Source of the DNA: Selaginella moellendorffii
Taxonomy: Eukaryota; Plantae; Lycopodiophyta
Assembly: GCF_000143415.4 (NCBI RefSeq)
Contig: NW_003314272.1
Coordinates: 2,815,728 to 2,879,727, forward strand
DNA length: 64,000 bases
Direction of reading: 5' to 3'
In this document: piece after piece, positions 37,969 through 51,700 of the stretch
Numbering within the stretch: position 1 is the stretch's first letter
How the letters are laid out: each line of letters starts with the position of its first letter
Notes under the pieces: model-generated
Seen by the model: the letters and a program-made list of their open reading frames with translations, nothing else
What the model was told of the DNA's origin: nothing
The model's database searches: none
Position numbers and translations under genes: made by a program

Positions 37969-38660
37969 AACAAGTTCATTAGAAACAAGAGAAGAGGGTA
38001 AAGAAGGGAAAGGAGTTTGAGAAAGGGCATTAATATTAACCATAGAATTCCTTGGGTAATGAAAAGCCTTTAAATTATATATTTGAGCCCACTAAGTTGT
38101 ACAACTAACTAAGTTCTTCCGCTTTAATAACAAAGTAACTACAATATGATCACCTTTTAACAACATCCGAAAACCATTACATAAAGCTTATTGGAACCTT
38201 AAACTACTACTAAACACTCCTTCTCTATTGTGAAGTAATTCACTTCTATTGGTTATAATGTATAGTTGATGTATGCAATGGGATAATGCTGATCAGGCAC
38301 ATTCATACTTTCTTGTATTAAAACACCCCCAAGACTGATATCTAAAGCATCCACACGCAAAATGAAATATCAAGTGTAATTAAAATATGCTAAAATTGGA
38401 GGAGTCATTAATAACTCTTTGAGTAAATGTCTATTCACAGTCTTTAGATTAAATGAAAGATAACATTGACAACTTTAGCAACACTCATAATAGTGCGGTT
38501 CAATTAGAAAAATGATTAACAAAATAATTGAGATATTGCACCTTGTCTAGGAAGTGTTATATATCATTCAAACACTTTGGAGTAGGGAGTTTTTGAATGG
38601 CCACAAGTTTGTCAAGAACAATTTACAAACCCTTATAAGAAATATGGTACCCAAGATAAA
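37969..38660 (-). mobile_element. Host element A: degraded RT C-terminus / RNase H
   Basis: Minus-strand remnants YLGYHI, PPILAY, VDA..ISLGGVL, NALSQ. Confidence 0.6.
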
Positions 38661-41600
38661 TCATGTCTTTGGATCTTGGAGAACTACAAAATCTCTACAA
38701 TGATCTTGTGAATCCTCTCTAATCTAAACTAGAACCAAACATAAAAAGGAAAGAAATACTTAGCCATTTGCTATTGCAAAGATGTTAATGCTGAGATTGA
38801 TGCACATCTCACAGCCTTGATCCCCAGAAGGCAGTGAGTAAGACAGACATGGAAGAGAAGAGTAGATATTGAGCAAGTGGAGTGTATGTTATTATGGCCA
38901 AGGATATAAAAAGACAGAAAGGGGGATAGGTCTGGCGTGCTATCACCAGCCTATATAACCACTACATGCCCAGTCATCCAAGTCAAGAATTTAGACCGGG
39001 AGAAATCTTGATCTCAATTCCTGACTTAGGAAATGCCTTTGTGCGAAAATCACGATGCAAAATGCATGTACCTCTCTACTCTCTGACAACTAGAGTTGAG
39101 CGGCTCTTGCAGCTCAAGCTTCCATTGTGGTGGTAGTAGCAGTTGTGGTGTTAGCCTCTAGTTCTTCCTCGTAGTCCTCAAGCTTGTCGCGGGTGTAGTT
39201 CTTTATGGCAGTCTCGAGCACCTGTAGTCGGGCCTTGAGCTCCATGTTCTCTTTGGTGAGGCGGGCATTCTCGAGTTGGTACTGCTGCGCTAACTCGAAA
39301 GATTCTCGGCAGGTGTTTGGTGTTGGGAGTACGTGAGCCTGTATAGTGCAAAGGATTCCCTTTACCTGATTGAGTTCCTGAGCCATGCTCGCCATTTTCT
39401 CCTCGTGTGGGTGTGCAAAAACATTGTGGAAGAAGCTCTCCATTCCGTCCCGTGTGTACACCGCCATGTTGGAGTTATGGTACTGCTCCAGGAAGTTTGT
39501 AGGCATGGGACGGATCACTTTCGGCTGCTGCTGGTCCTGATGATGATGCTCCTGCTGCTCCGAATTGTAGTGGTGGTGCTTGTTGTTCATGCGCTTGTGA
39601 TGAAATTGGCGTTGCATTGTTGAACGAGGCGGCTGCATGTTGTCGGCAGTGGTGTCTGGAGCAAATGTCTGTTGCGGCTCAGCTGGCTGCTGTAGCTTGG
39701 TTGGCTGCTGCGGCAAAGATGGCTGCTCCTCAGCATGCTGGTGTGGTGAAGATGGCTGCTCAGCAGGCTGTGGCAACGAATGTTGGTGCTGCTCGACGGG
39801 CTACAACAGTGGAGGCTGCTGCTGCTGAGGCTAGTGCTGCTCGGCGGTCTGCTCCGTGGGTGGTTCGTAAAAAATGTTGTGCCCCTGCTCAACGGATGGT
39901 GGATTTGTAACCGTCTCAGGATTTTCAAGAATATCCTGCGTCAGCAAAATGTGATCGTCCACTGGAATTGTTGTACCTGGAGACAGAGGTTGTGCCAGTT
40001 CCTGCGGTGGTGATGGTGGCAAATTCGGCTGCGGTGAGCTAGGAGGCTGCAAGCTCCTCGTTGATGGCTGTGTAGGTGCCAAACTCTGCTTCCGTTTTGT
40101 TTTGGATCTAGAGGTTCTTGTTGGTTGTTGTCTCGGCACCATGTGCTGGATTGTTTGCACATCACTGTCGTCACTATCAATCTGTGGAGGCGCAACGTTT
40201 CTTCGGCCTTGTCCCCATGTTTTTCTTCGTGGAGTTGCTACTGTCTTTTGCTGGACCTCTTTCCTCTTAGTGTTCACCAAGTGTTCTTCAGCGTGGCGTT
40301 TTGAACTTTTTGTGGCTATGTGCTGCGGAAGCAGAGGTGGTGGACTGTAGATCACCATGGCTTGACTTCTGTGCGTGATGATGGCTCGGACATACAGTAG
40401 TACCAGTGTCCTCACACATTTCTTCGTGTTGAGTTCTCCTACCACCTTCTTAAGTTCCTTACGAAACTTCGGGATCACATATCCTGCTAAATCCACTTTC
40501 TTCCCAGCTTGAAGATCCTCCTAAATGAAGGCCACGGATCTACTCACTGTCGTAGCAGTCTTTCGAAATTCCAGGTTGAGAACAAGGAACTTGAATATGT
40601 TGTAGAGCTCGTCCTTGATGTTGGAGAATTGCAAACTAAGCGCCGAGTTGTAGCTCTCGGGATCTTTCATGATGTCGTGACTTAAAGCCTGTGTGCGTGG
40701 AGCAGAGACTGGCTCGCCTTCGTCCGGGAGACATAGAGCTGCTGCCACCTCCGAATCTTCAAGTCCAACCTGGTCAGTGGCGAGAGCCATCAAGTGAGCC
40801 TTCTCGTTGCTCACTTGATTCATGAGATACCCTTCCATTTGTTCTGCAAAGTTGTAGAGTCCGTGAGTGCGAGTCCAACTCTTGACATCGTCATTGAATT
40901 GCCACTCGAGATTTTGAGAAAGGATGACGGTTTCTACCTGGGATGTTTGCTTGGTTTGCATTGTGTCGACTCTTCGGTGCTGTTGAGAATGCTCTTGTGC
41001 CTGTGATGCAAATAGAGGAAAAGATATGAGCGCTCTTTCTATTCTTGTGAACACACTCTTCTTGCTTCTTTTGTGGGCACTCTCTTTTCTACTTGCTTTC
41101 TTGTTGTTTCTCTCGATTGGTGTGTTTCTTAGAATCTGATGCACTCGTTTGAGATGGGTGAAAGCGCCTAGCTGACAATCACTCTCTAGCACTCTTGTGA
41201 TCTCAAGATTTGCTTGCAACTCAAGCTTACCTTTGTGATGTTCCAGCGTGCGCTTCCTCGCCGTCAGGGTTAGGGCTAACTCTGTTTTGTTTTGTTCATA
41301 TTGTGTTCTTGCATTTTTACTAAGTCTTTGCTTGAGTATAGTTGTTTGTAATCGTTGTGGACTTGTTTGTGGACAACGTATATTGTTTCGGTTTCATTGG
41401 TAATCAATTCCAGCATGGTGTGCTTGGCTTGCATATACGTTATACTTGGTTCTTGATATTTTCTCAATTTGTTGAGATTAACTATTTGTATTTCTTCATC
41501 ATTGAGTGTTGCTAAATGAGCTGTGCCAGGTGTTTGCATACTTGTGATCTTGAATGGTCCTTCCCATTGATGTACCAATTTGCCTCCGATTTTGTCAACA

Positions 41601-44600
41601 TTTCCTCTATACCATAGAACAAAATTTCCAACTTCAAATCTATCAGTTTTCTTTTTAGTCTATTTTCTATCGTGATAAGCTTTTCTCCTTGCTTGTATGG
41701 CTTCAATTGTCCATAAAGCATATAATCTTTCTTCATTTAACTTTTCTAGCATAGCCAATCTTTTTTTGATTGATTCTTCTTGATTAATTTGCAGCTGAAT
41801 TGCCATTCTCAAGGATGGTACAGTATATTCTAGTGGTGTCAAAGCTTCAAGTCCATAAGCTAATTTGAATGGAGTTGAATTTGTTGAAACTTTATATGCT
41901 GTTCTATAAGCCCAAAGAGCATCATAAACTTTATTATCCCGATCTTTAAGATTGGTTTGCACTATTTTCTTCAGTATATTCTTAAGTGTTTTGTTTGTGG
42001 ATTCGGCTTGGCCGTTGCCTTGTGGATAATATGGTGTAAATTTCTTATGTTTGATGAAAAATTCATCTAGTAAAATCTTGATTGTTTCATTGAGGAAATG
42101 TGTTCCTCAATCCGTTACTATTTCTCGAGGTAATCCATATTTTGTGATAATCGTTTCATAAAGAAACTTTACTATATTCTTTGTTGTCGCTTTCTTGAGT
42201 GGTTGGGCTTCTGCCCATTTTGTCATATAATCTGTTGCTACTAGAATATATTGATTTCCATTTCTGCTCGTTTGTATAGGTCCTACAAAATCTAGGCCCC
42301 ATCTTTGGAAAGGTTCTATTGCTATAGTCGGATTCAGTTCTTGTGTTTGTTTCTTGGGTGGAAATTGTGTACGCTGACAAATATCACAAGTTTGACAAAA
42401 CTGTGAAGTGTCTTTCTATAATGTAGGCCATCATAGGCCTGCTTGCAATATTTTCCTTGCTGTAATTTCTTCTGCAAAATGCCCTCCAGAGCAACCTGCA
42501 TGGGCTTCTTCTAGTAACGTGTGTATCTCTTCTTGTGAACGTACACATCTTCTTAATATATTATCATGTCCAATTCTATAGAGTCTTCCTCCGACGACTG
42601 AGTATCGTCGTGTCCTCAAGACGAATTGTTTCCTTTGATCTTGCGTGGTACATGATGTGGGAACTGTTGTAGTTGTTAAATAATTAAAGATTTCTTGAAG
42701 TGTATCGTGGGTGGTAATCTTAAAAAGATGTGAATCAGGTAAGTCATCATTGGGGTCTTGTATATTTTCTCCGGTTGTAATTCTACTGAGATGATCAGCT
42801 TGTTCATGGTATTTGCCTAGTTTGTGAACTATTTCAAAATTGAATTCTTGTAATAACAAAAACCATCTGGCTATTCGTCCACTAAGGATGGGTTTGTTGA
42901 GTAGATGAATCAATGCTTGATGATCAACGAATATTTTGACTTTGTTGGAAAGTAAATAATGTCGGAATTTGGTCAAGGCATATATCATGCCTAAGGCTTC
43001 TTTTTCTGTGGTTGTATAATTCATTTCAGGTGGAGAAAGTTGTCGACTTGCATAATATATTAGGTGATCACAATGATCATCTTTTCTTTGGCACAGAATT
43101 GCTCCTAGCGCATAGTCAGAAGCATCAACTTGTACGAAAAATTCTTGAGTCCAGTTTGGTTGGACCAGAATTGGTGCTTGTGTAAGTTTTTCTTTAAATA
43201 TCAAGAATGCTTGCTGACATTCTTGAGTCCAGTGATAGAATTTGTCTTTCTTAAGTAACTCAGTTAATGGTGTAGCGACTTGGGCATAGTCCTTGATAAA
43301 TCTTCTATGGTAACCCATCTTGCCCAAAAAACTGCACAATCTTTTAAGATCATAAGGTGGTTGCATTTTCATAATGACGTCGGTTTTAGCTTTATCGATT
43401 TGAATGCCTTGAGTGGAAACAATGTGGCCAAGGAGTATGCCTGATTTAACAAAGAAAGTACATTTTTTAGGATGCAGAGCAACTTGGTTTTGTCTGCATT
43501 TGATAAAACATTTCTTGAGGTATTTAAGGTGTTTGTCTTTAGGTCCAAAAACACTAAAGTCATCCATAAAGACTCGCATAAAATTTGTGAGATAATCTTG
43601 GAAGGTATCGGTAATGATCCGTTGAAATGTAAATGGGGCATTGGTTAATCCAAATGGCATTCGCATGTATGCGTATGCTCCCCATGGATTTATGAAAGCT
43701 GTTTTATGTTGATCCTTGACAGCTATATGTACTTGATTGTAGCCTAAAAAACCGTCAAGAAATGAGTACATCTCATGTCCGGCAACGGCATCAAGTATTT
43801 CATTTGAAAATGGGATGGGAAAGGCATCTTTTGTTGTGGCATCATTTAACTTCTTGTAGTTTACACACATACGTAATTTCCCATTTTTCTTGGGTACAAT
43901 GACTAAAGGTGATAGCCATTGGGCATTTTGTATTGGATATATGAATCTTGCTTCAAGGAGCTTATTAATTTCAGCTTTTATTTTCTCAGCGAATGTTGGA
44001 TTCATCCGGTAAGCAGTTTGTTTAATGGGTTGAACTCCTGGAAGTAATTCGATTCGATGTGTACATAATTCAGGTGGTATACCCTTGAGGTCTTTATATG
44101 ACCACGCAAAGACATCTTTATACTTAGTAAGGAGCGTAATAGCCTCAAGTTTAAATGGTTTGTCGAGTTGTGTAGCTATTAAGATGTTTTGTGGGTTTGA
44201 GGGAACCCCTAGATTTAATTCTTCAATATCTTCATTGATATTTATACGAAGTTTGAATTCTTGATTTTCAGTGGTGAGTGCGGATTCGTCTTGTATATCT
44301 AGGTGATATTCTGTAGTTTATAGTTGTTTGGGTTGTATTGCTGGTCTTGCTTTTTGTACAGTAGTTTTTGTTGTATGTTTCTTCTTTAAATGAGGTTGTT
44401 TTGAATCTTCATAGTCTTGACACTTGATTATAGGGAGTATCCTATTAAGGTCAATTTCTTGAATTGCCTTAAGTTCAGGATATGCTTCAAATAATTTAGC
44501 TTCTTCAAGATCGTCTAAGCCTTCTTGCCAATTGTATTCTTGAACTTGTGTTGGTCAGAAACTTCTTGAGATTTTCTTGCTTGTCAATGTTGATATTTTA

Positions 44601-45660
44601 GTTTGTCCTTGTTGGGATTGGATACATATCTCATGTTCCATCCAATACTGTGCAGAAACAGCTTTGTTAAGCCAAGGTCTGCCTAACAAAATTTCGTAAG
44701 AAGATTCTTCAATCGGCATTTTTAACACAACAAAGTTAACTTTAAATTTATATCCTTTGATTGTTATAGAGACATCACGAATGATGCCTGCTGGTCTGAC
44801 AACTCTTTGATCAGCCATGCGTACATTGAATGGTGCAGCTTGTATATTGCCCAATCCTAAAGCTTTGCATAGTGCATATTCGATGATATTAACCCCAGAA
44901 CCTCTATCAAGGATAGCTCTTTCAATATGATTTTTGCCGATGTGTATGTTGATACAAGGTACATTATCATCATAATCACCAGGTTGGATTCTTTCAGCTT
45001 GCTCTTGTTGTGTTGGTTGAGATTGGTGTTTTTCTTATGTGCGAGCTTCAGGGATCCTTCGATTACAGATCTTCAAGTTTGGTCTTTCATATATGGTGCT
45101 ATTTGCAGTATTTGTTGTAGGGTTAAAGTAATTCCCTGCTGTAGTATGTGCTCAGCAATGGTTGTATGCTCATCTTGAGTAAAGCTTAATACTTGAGTTT
45201 GGTTGTCTTGATTGTATATTTGATCATTAATAATTTCGGGATCTTTGTTTCGAAGCTCTTGTTGAATGGTGTTAAGTATTTTCTTACTCTTTTTCCACTC
45301 AGTATTCTCGATTTCTATCGCGTGATCACTTTCATCTTGTTCTTCATAATTATCAGGTTGTTGACATTCATATTGTGTTCTAGTGATTGCCAATACTTCT
45401 GGTTCTTCAGTCATTAGTTGTTCTTCAACTTCTGCTTGAACTACTCGTGCTGCTGGTGGTCTTCCAGCAGGAGGTTGATTGACTCTTTGGTTTTGTGGAT
45501 TGTATTGTTATCGAATTTGATTTTCTTGTGGTTGATTTTGTCTTGGTTGATAATGCTGTTGCAAAGCTTGATTGTTGTAATTGTTATATTGCCTTTGTTG
45601 GCTTTGGTTGTAGTTGTTCCATTATGGACGTTGATAATTGTTTTGGTGTCCATTGTAATA
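38660..45660 (-). mobile_element. Internal fragment of a non-chromovirus Ty3/Gypsy element (D): partial gag, pol and an extra 3' ORF; no LTRs visible
   Basis: Protease region (ILLGRPWL), RT (WLSPLVIVPKKNG, FMDD), RNase H (VDASDYALG), integrase (HAGCSGGH, YYPQGNGQAES, WEGPF). No chromodomain; a few stops. Confidence 0.9.
39114..40961 (-). pseudogene. Extra ORF downstream of pol (~615 codons, two in-frame TAG stops)
   Basis: Track ORFs 40521..41219, 39831..40496 and 39114..39776 share one frame. Globular N-terminal domain, basic/Pro/Gln-rich linker, C-terminal coiled coil. Confidence 0.8.
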
Positions 45661-45744
45661 TGCTAATTTAGCTTTAATATGTAATGAAATATGCACTTCA
45701 ATCATTTTAGCTTTAAACTAACTTCTCACAATCAATTTAATACT

Positions 45745-48700
45745 TGTAAGGAACCAACTCCCCAAGGTGTCGTAGGCTAAAGGATCCCGGAAAGCACAAC
45801 CAAAATGATAAAGAGTTTATTGGATGGGACCAAGTCCGAGATCGAGTCCAAGATCGACTCTGAGACCAAGTTCGAGATAGAGTCCGAGATCGAGCCCGAG
45901 GCCGACTCCAAGACCGAGTTCGAGACCGAGTTCGAGATAGAATTCGAGATCAGGTCCAAGACCAGGTCCGAGGTCGAGTCTGTGGTCGGGTCTGAGGTCA
46001 AGTCCGAGATCGAGTCCGAAATCAGGTCTGAGATCAAATCCGAGATCAAGTCTGAGACCGAGTCCGGGTACTAATACAGGTCAAGGGGTGAAAGCCCAAA
46101 GCGTCTGTCTCCCAGAGGGGGGGGGGGGGGGGGGCAAGGGCTGCAGGGGGTTCCAAAAGTATAGTAGGATAGTGAGGTCCAGGAACTAGTCTTGAAAGAA
46201 CTCTCCAATGGTGTTTCCAAACTAACTTGAGGTTGAGATTGGGATCAAGGGGCCTTGCGTGGGAGTGAGCATGGACTCGAGTGGTGCCGAAGGGGCCACC
46301 CAAGGAAGTGCTCAAGAGCAGCTCCAGCTTCCAGAAAGGAAACCGATTGCGTGTGAGACACAAAATCCCTAGGCCCCAAAGTGGAGCTGGAAGGGCGCCA
46401 CGTGGTAGTGGCCGAAGCGAAAACCAAATGAGCGTAACACGTTTGGACTAAAAACTCCAACTTGAAAGGTTGAGAGCGGGAGTGGAACTCCCAACAAAGT
46501 GCTTGAGGAATGAGCACGAAGCGAGCAATAAGCGAGGCTCCAAAAAGGGACCCAAAAGGACCAACACATGACACGTGACGGAGTCGGAGATGGACCCAAG
46601 ATGGAGTCCGAGGTGGAGTCCGAGATGGAGTCCGAGATGGACCCGAGATGGATCCGAGATGGAGTCCGAAATGGAGTCCGAGATGGACCTGAGATGGAGT
46701 CCGAGGTGGAGTCCGAGGTGGACCCGAGATGGACCCGAGATGGAGTCCGAGGTGGAGTCCGAGGTGGACCCGAGATGGAGTCCGAGGTGGAGTCCGAGAT
46801 GGAGTCTGAGATGGGCCCGAGATGGACCCGAGATGGAGTCCGAGATGGAGTCCGAGTTGGAGTCCGAGATGGACCCGAGATGGAGTCCAAAGTCGAGACC
46901 GGACCAAGACCGAGACCGGGACCGAGACCGAGACCGAGATTGGGACCGAGACCGAGACCGAGGCCGAGCCCAAGTCCGAGTCCGAGTCCGAATCCGAGTC
47001 TGAGTCCGAGTCCAAGTCCGAGTCCAAGTCCGAGTCCGGAGCCTGAGAGGGTGAAAGCCCAAAGCGTTCGTCTCCCAGACCCTGGGGGGTTTGGTGAGCT
47101 CCAAAAGTATAGTAGGGGGAGGATTGCAGTGGAGCCAGTTTGGCCAGGAAAGGCCAGTTTGGCCCAAGAAGGCCAGACCCAGTGTTGGGTGATGAGCTGC
47201 CCACTGGGAAGTCCAAGACTAGAGTGAACACGGACCGACAAGCGGGGTAGCTTGGTGAAGTGTTCAAGAGCCGGCTCTAGTTCCCCCGGGAGATCGACTG
47301 GCCGATGCTCCCAGTCCAAGTGTGGGTGGCACTACCTACTTGGATACCTGGTGTGGCTCAACGAAACCCGCTCTAAGCCCATGGCTAGAGCACCCAAGGG
47401 CAGAAGGCGAGGAGAGTACCCAGGTGGCTTGCGTAAGGCCACGGTGTTCCGAAATGTTGTCCCAAAGGCCCAGACTGTGGAAAGGAAGAGGAGCAGTCCT
47501 CTGGAGTAGTGACCAAGGACACAGTCGTGTGGTGAGGAAGTCCCAGAGGACCATGGGACTTAGTGGTCGGGCCTGTGGGTCTCGATCCAGTGGCAGTGTT
47601 GGCAAACACGGCCAGGGGCAAAAAGGGACTTAGTGGGGACTGACAGAGGGATATTGGGGAAGGCTATTCCCCTTGTCGGTGGGCATCCTAAGGATGCTAA
47701 GGAGTGGATCTGAGATGACCACTCACGGATGGTTTGCCTAGTCTTGGAGAGCCAAGACTGTGATGCAAGTGGTATTGGACTACCAGTGTGGCGAAGGTGA
47801 TTGGGCATGGCCTTAGCGTAACGGGCTGCCATGTCGGTGGTACCTTTGAGTGTCGGTCATGGGATCGGACACGTGGAGCACTGGGACCAAGTGCAAATGT
47901 TGAGTGGCATGGATGCCATTCTCGGGGCTAGCAAGTACCAAGTCTTGGATTGGACTTATGGAGGTTGTGAATGAGACTCCTCCAAGTGGTCAGAGGTGTG
48001 GTTAAGTGACTAAAGTAGAATGGAAAATTTAGTCGCTTACAATTTGGTATCGGAGCTGTTCCTTAGTCCAACTTTTATTGGTGCTCAAGTATATCACCAT
48101 TGATGTTGGCATCGGAAGGTCCTAGGAGTGGGCCTATCCTGGAGGAGTAGCATGTCGAGAGGACATGGCTCTCCACTCAAGTTCATGCGTGAACTTGGGC
48201 ACAATGTGGTGGGTAGAAAAGGGCCAATAATGGAACGACTTTGGGATCTTGGGAACAATATATGGTTTTCCTCAGAGAGTTGAGGATGTGATCTAGATGA
48301 GCGTTTGACTCAGTAAATGGCCAATGTAGTTGTGGTAAACAACTAAAGTTGGGATCACAGGAAAGATAAAGACTCCAAAGCAATAAGGGAGTCACAAGAT
48401 TTTCCTCATGTAGTTGAGGTTGGTGCTCATGAATGTGAGACCAGAAGTAATGACCGTGGGAGGTCAAATATGGAAGAGGACTCAAGTCCTTGAAATGGTA
48501 GCCGGGGCTACCTTTAATAAATGCTGGAACAACCCAAGGAGTTGGGGGGTGTACTTAGAGATGAGTTGGCATTCTCATCACATGGACAAGTAGTCCTAAG
48601 GGGTAGAGGTTGCCCCAGAGAACAAAAACAAGTGTCAGAGTAACACTTGTGAAAATAGTCCTTCTGAGTAGGACAGGAATGCAGGAAGTGTATTCCAATG

Positions 48701-51700
48701 AGCTAGTGCCTCACAATTGGGACCTTACGGGTCTGTGGATTAACCAAGTCCAAAACTGCTGGATGACTGCAGTAGAGTCAAGGGATGGTCCTAAAAGGAC
48801 TGATGGAAGCATTTGGACTGAGGTGTGTGGTACCCCACAAAGGATGGGGGGGGATCATAGGATCCAAGGATGAGAACAGAGGGTATCTCATCGATGGCAA
48901 AATGCGCCATGCTAAAGTCGTGGGAAAGGTGTTCCCAAAAAGAAAACAACTTTGACACAAAGTTGTGTGTGACCTCTATGGTGCAGTGCTAACAGATGGT
49001 TGGCATGAGAAAGAGCGGTATTGGTCTTGGCAAAGACTTAGACACAAAGAAGAAGTGTCATAGAGGTAGGCTCGTGAAGCCGATGGTGTGGAGACACTAA
49101 ATGTGCCAAGGTGTGATACCTTGAGGCTATGTTGGTGGGTTCATGAGAACCCCTTGCCAAAGGAATCCCAATGAAAATGGGAATGGCATAGCCTAAGCGG
49201 CAGAGCATGCGGTTGGAGTGTGGTGACCCAGATAATGATGGAGGTGTGGAAGCACCAGCAATGAGTCGTAGGACTTGACAACTATGAGGCAACTAAGCAA
49301 GACGTGCAAAATAATTGGTTAAATGGGTAGAAGGTAGCTACCCAAGCCTTCTTAATGGCATAGGGAAGTGGATGTACCCTTACAGGGGATAAGTTGCTTA
49401 TGTTGCGATATAGTAAGTCAATGTCATAAACAAAAATACTCATTGTCAAGGAAGCCGTCATTGGGACACCCAAACACTCTAGAACACCAGAAGGTGGTGT
49501 TTGATGTCGCGAGGGCAGTAGATAAGGCCCAAGGGACTAAGTCCCTAGCGAATGATGGATAGTAGGTGCTATCCAAATGTCCAAGGTGGCGGAGACAGGA
49601 GAAGACTGTCTACTCGAATTGGACAAAGCCAAAAATGGAATTTTGGCAAGGCTCATGCAAAGGCCCGTAAACAACAATATAATTCCCGTGTGTGGGATTA
49701 TAGAGTGAGCATACCTGGATTGAGGAACCACTCCCTAGGCTATCAGGTAGGTTCATCCCTAAGAATACTTGCTAAGGCATGATAGAAAGTGCAAAGCCAT
49801 CCTCCTGGTCTGGAGGAGAATGACCGAAGAAAAGGTGTGAAGCCAAAAGCAAGAAGTAAGGGGATAAAACCGAACCATAGGAATCGAAGGGCATAACCAA
49901 GGTTGGTTATGCCAGCTGGGAGTGGAGAATCAAGTGCGGGCTCGAGAGTGTTGCCACTAGCAACCGTGATGCCATGGAGAGTCTAAAATATGGAATTGTC
50001 CATGTTAGACTATATGGTAATTGGAAAGCTTGCAAAAAGGGAGGCCTTAGCAAGCTAAGGGACAGAGTTCCTTCAAGGTTCCCAAAGAGGATTCTAGGTA
50101 GCTTAGTACCTAGAAAGACCAAGCGTAAATGGTTCAAGGAACGCGCGAAATCGGAGTGGCGCAGCAGAAGCGTGGTCTTAAAGCTTGCCATGAGGCAAGG
50201 CTATCAAGGTTAGGGAAGTAGTTCCCGAGTGTTCAAAAAGAGGGCTTTGAACAAAAGTCAATGATCAAGGGCTTTCACGCTTGTGCAGGAACCATGTTAC
50301 AGTGGTCGGAGGACTTGCCAAAGCGAGATTGGCAAGTCAGGGGAACAAATACCCTAGTTGAAGGTGATAACTTCAAAAAGGGTGGGCCATGGGGCCAAGC
50401 ATGGAGGAGTCCATGCATGATCACAGCCTTGTCAAGTGAGAGGACTTGGCAGTGGGGAGGAACTAGGTTTCTAAGCTGTGATCTATAGCGCGCTTTGAGT
50501 ATAAGTTGGTGCACCGGCGTGGGGAGTCATGCCAGGCATCCTGGATGATGCCGTCCGTAGATGCATATACGGAGGTTGGGTTCGAGTCCCGACCCTCTAG
50601 TGCTTGGGTTCGAGTCCCAAATCACTAGGGCATGGTGATGGTTTGGAATATGAGGACACTCATATTTCGGTGGTCATGGACTTTCAGTGGGGAGACTGGT
50701 TTGGGCACACCGCCAAACGAGGGATGCCTCGGAGTCGTGATGCACGGTTAGATTGCTTAGTGTGAAAACTCGGCATATCTAACTTGAACGCTTTGGTGCA
50801 AGTGGCACCAAGGACGTGGTGAGTGAGATGGGGACACCTAATCTCAGTTGTTATGAACCCTTGGCCTTAAGGGCTGGCTTGGGTGCACCGCCAAGTGTGG
50901 GGGATGCCCCCAGGGTTATAGTCAACAATTTGAAGGTCTAGAAGACCAAGTACCTCTTGGCAACTCTAATAAGGTGCCAAGGTGAGATCACTAGGTGATT
51001 GTATGGCCAAATAAGGACAAGGTCCTTGGTTGGCTAAGGAATGAAGTTCCTGGTTCAAAATGTTGAAATTGAACTGTTTAAGGTGGTGTGGCTTGGTTAT
51101 GATGAGCAAGTGGGAAAAACACCTTAGGAAAATGAGCTATGTCATTGCGATGGCATAGTGTGTCCAAGGAAAGTAGTCTCTAGAGAGACCCATGGGAGGG
51201 TCACAAAGTTGGGCCGTGGATAGAGCCCACTGCAGAAAATGCTAAAGAGACTTACTAGGTGTGAACACCCTAGTCTTGGCAGAGCAGAGCCTTTGCTATG
51301 GAATCAAAAGAATACCTCAAGGAGGGAGGTAGAGATTCGATGTTGCTTGGTGCAATAATCAATGGATAGGAGCAAAAGATGAGTGGCCAAGATAGGGCCG
51401 TGGAATCCCTTGGAAGGAATCCAAGTGGCAAAGTTAGGCGAGGAACACTAATGTGTTGGATGCTAACAAATTGCGGGAAAGGAAGTGTGTTTCCAAGGAT
51501 GGATTCCGAATTGCTCCGATTTGGCGAAAGTGGAAGCTCCAAGGGAGGGAGCAGTAAGGTAGCCAACTGATAAGATCATGAACAGCCCTAGCACAAAGTA
51601 TGATGAATGGAACTTAGTGCCCAAGGTGTCATGAAATAGAAGAGAGGATGATGGTGCCCTCAAGTAATGAATTTCCTAGGATGGGGAAGTGGAGTTGCAC

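Noticed and set aside
39114-41219. Retroviral-type envelope gene
   Set aside because: No signal peptide or clear transmembrane segment; reported as an extra ORF instead.
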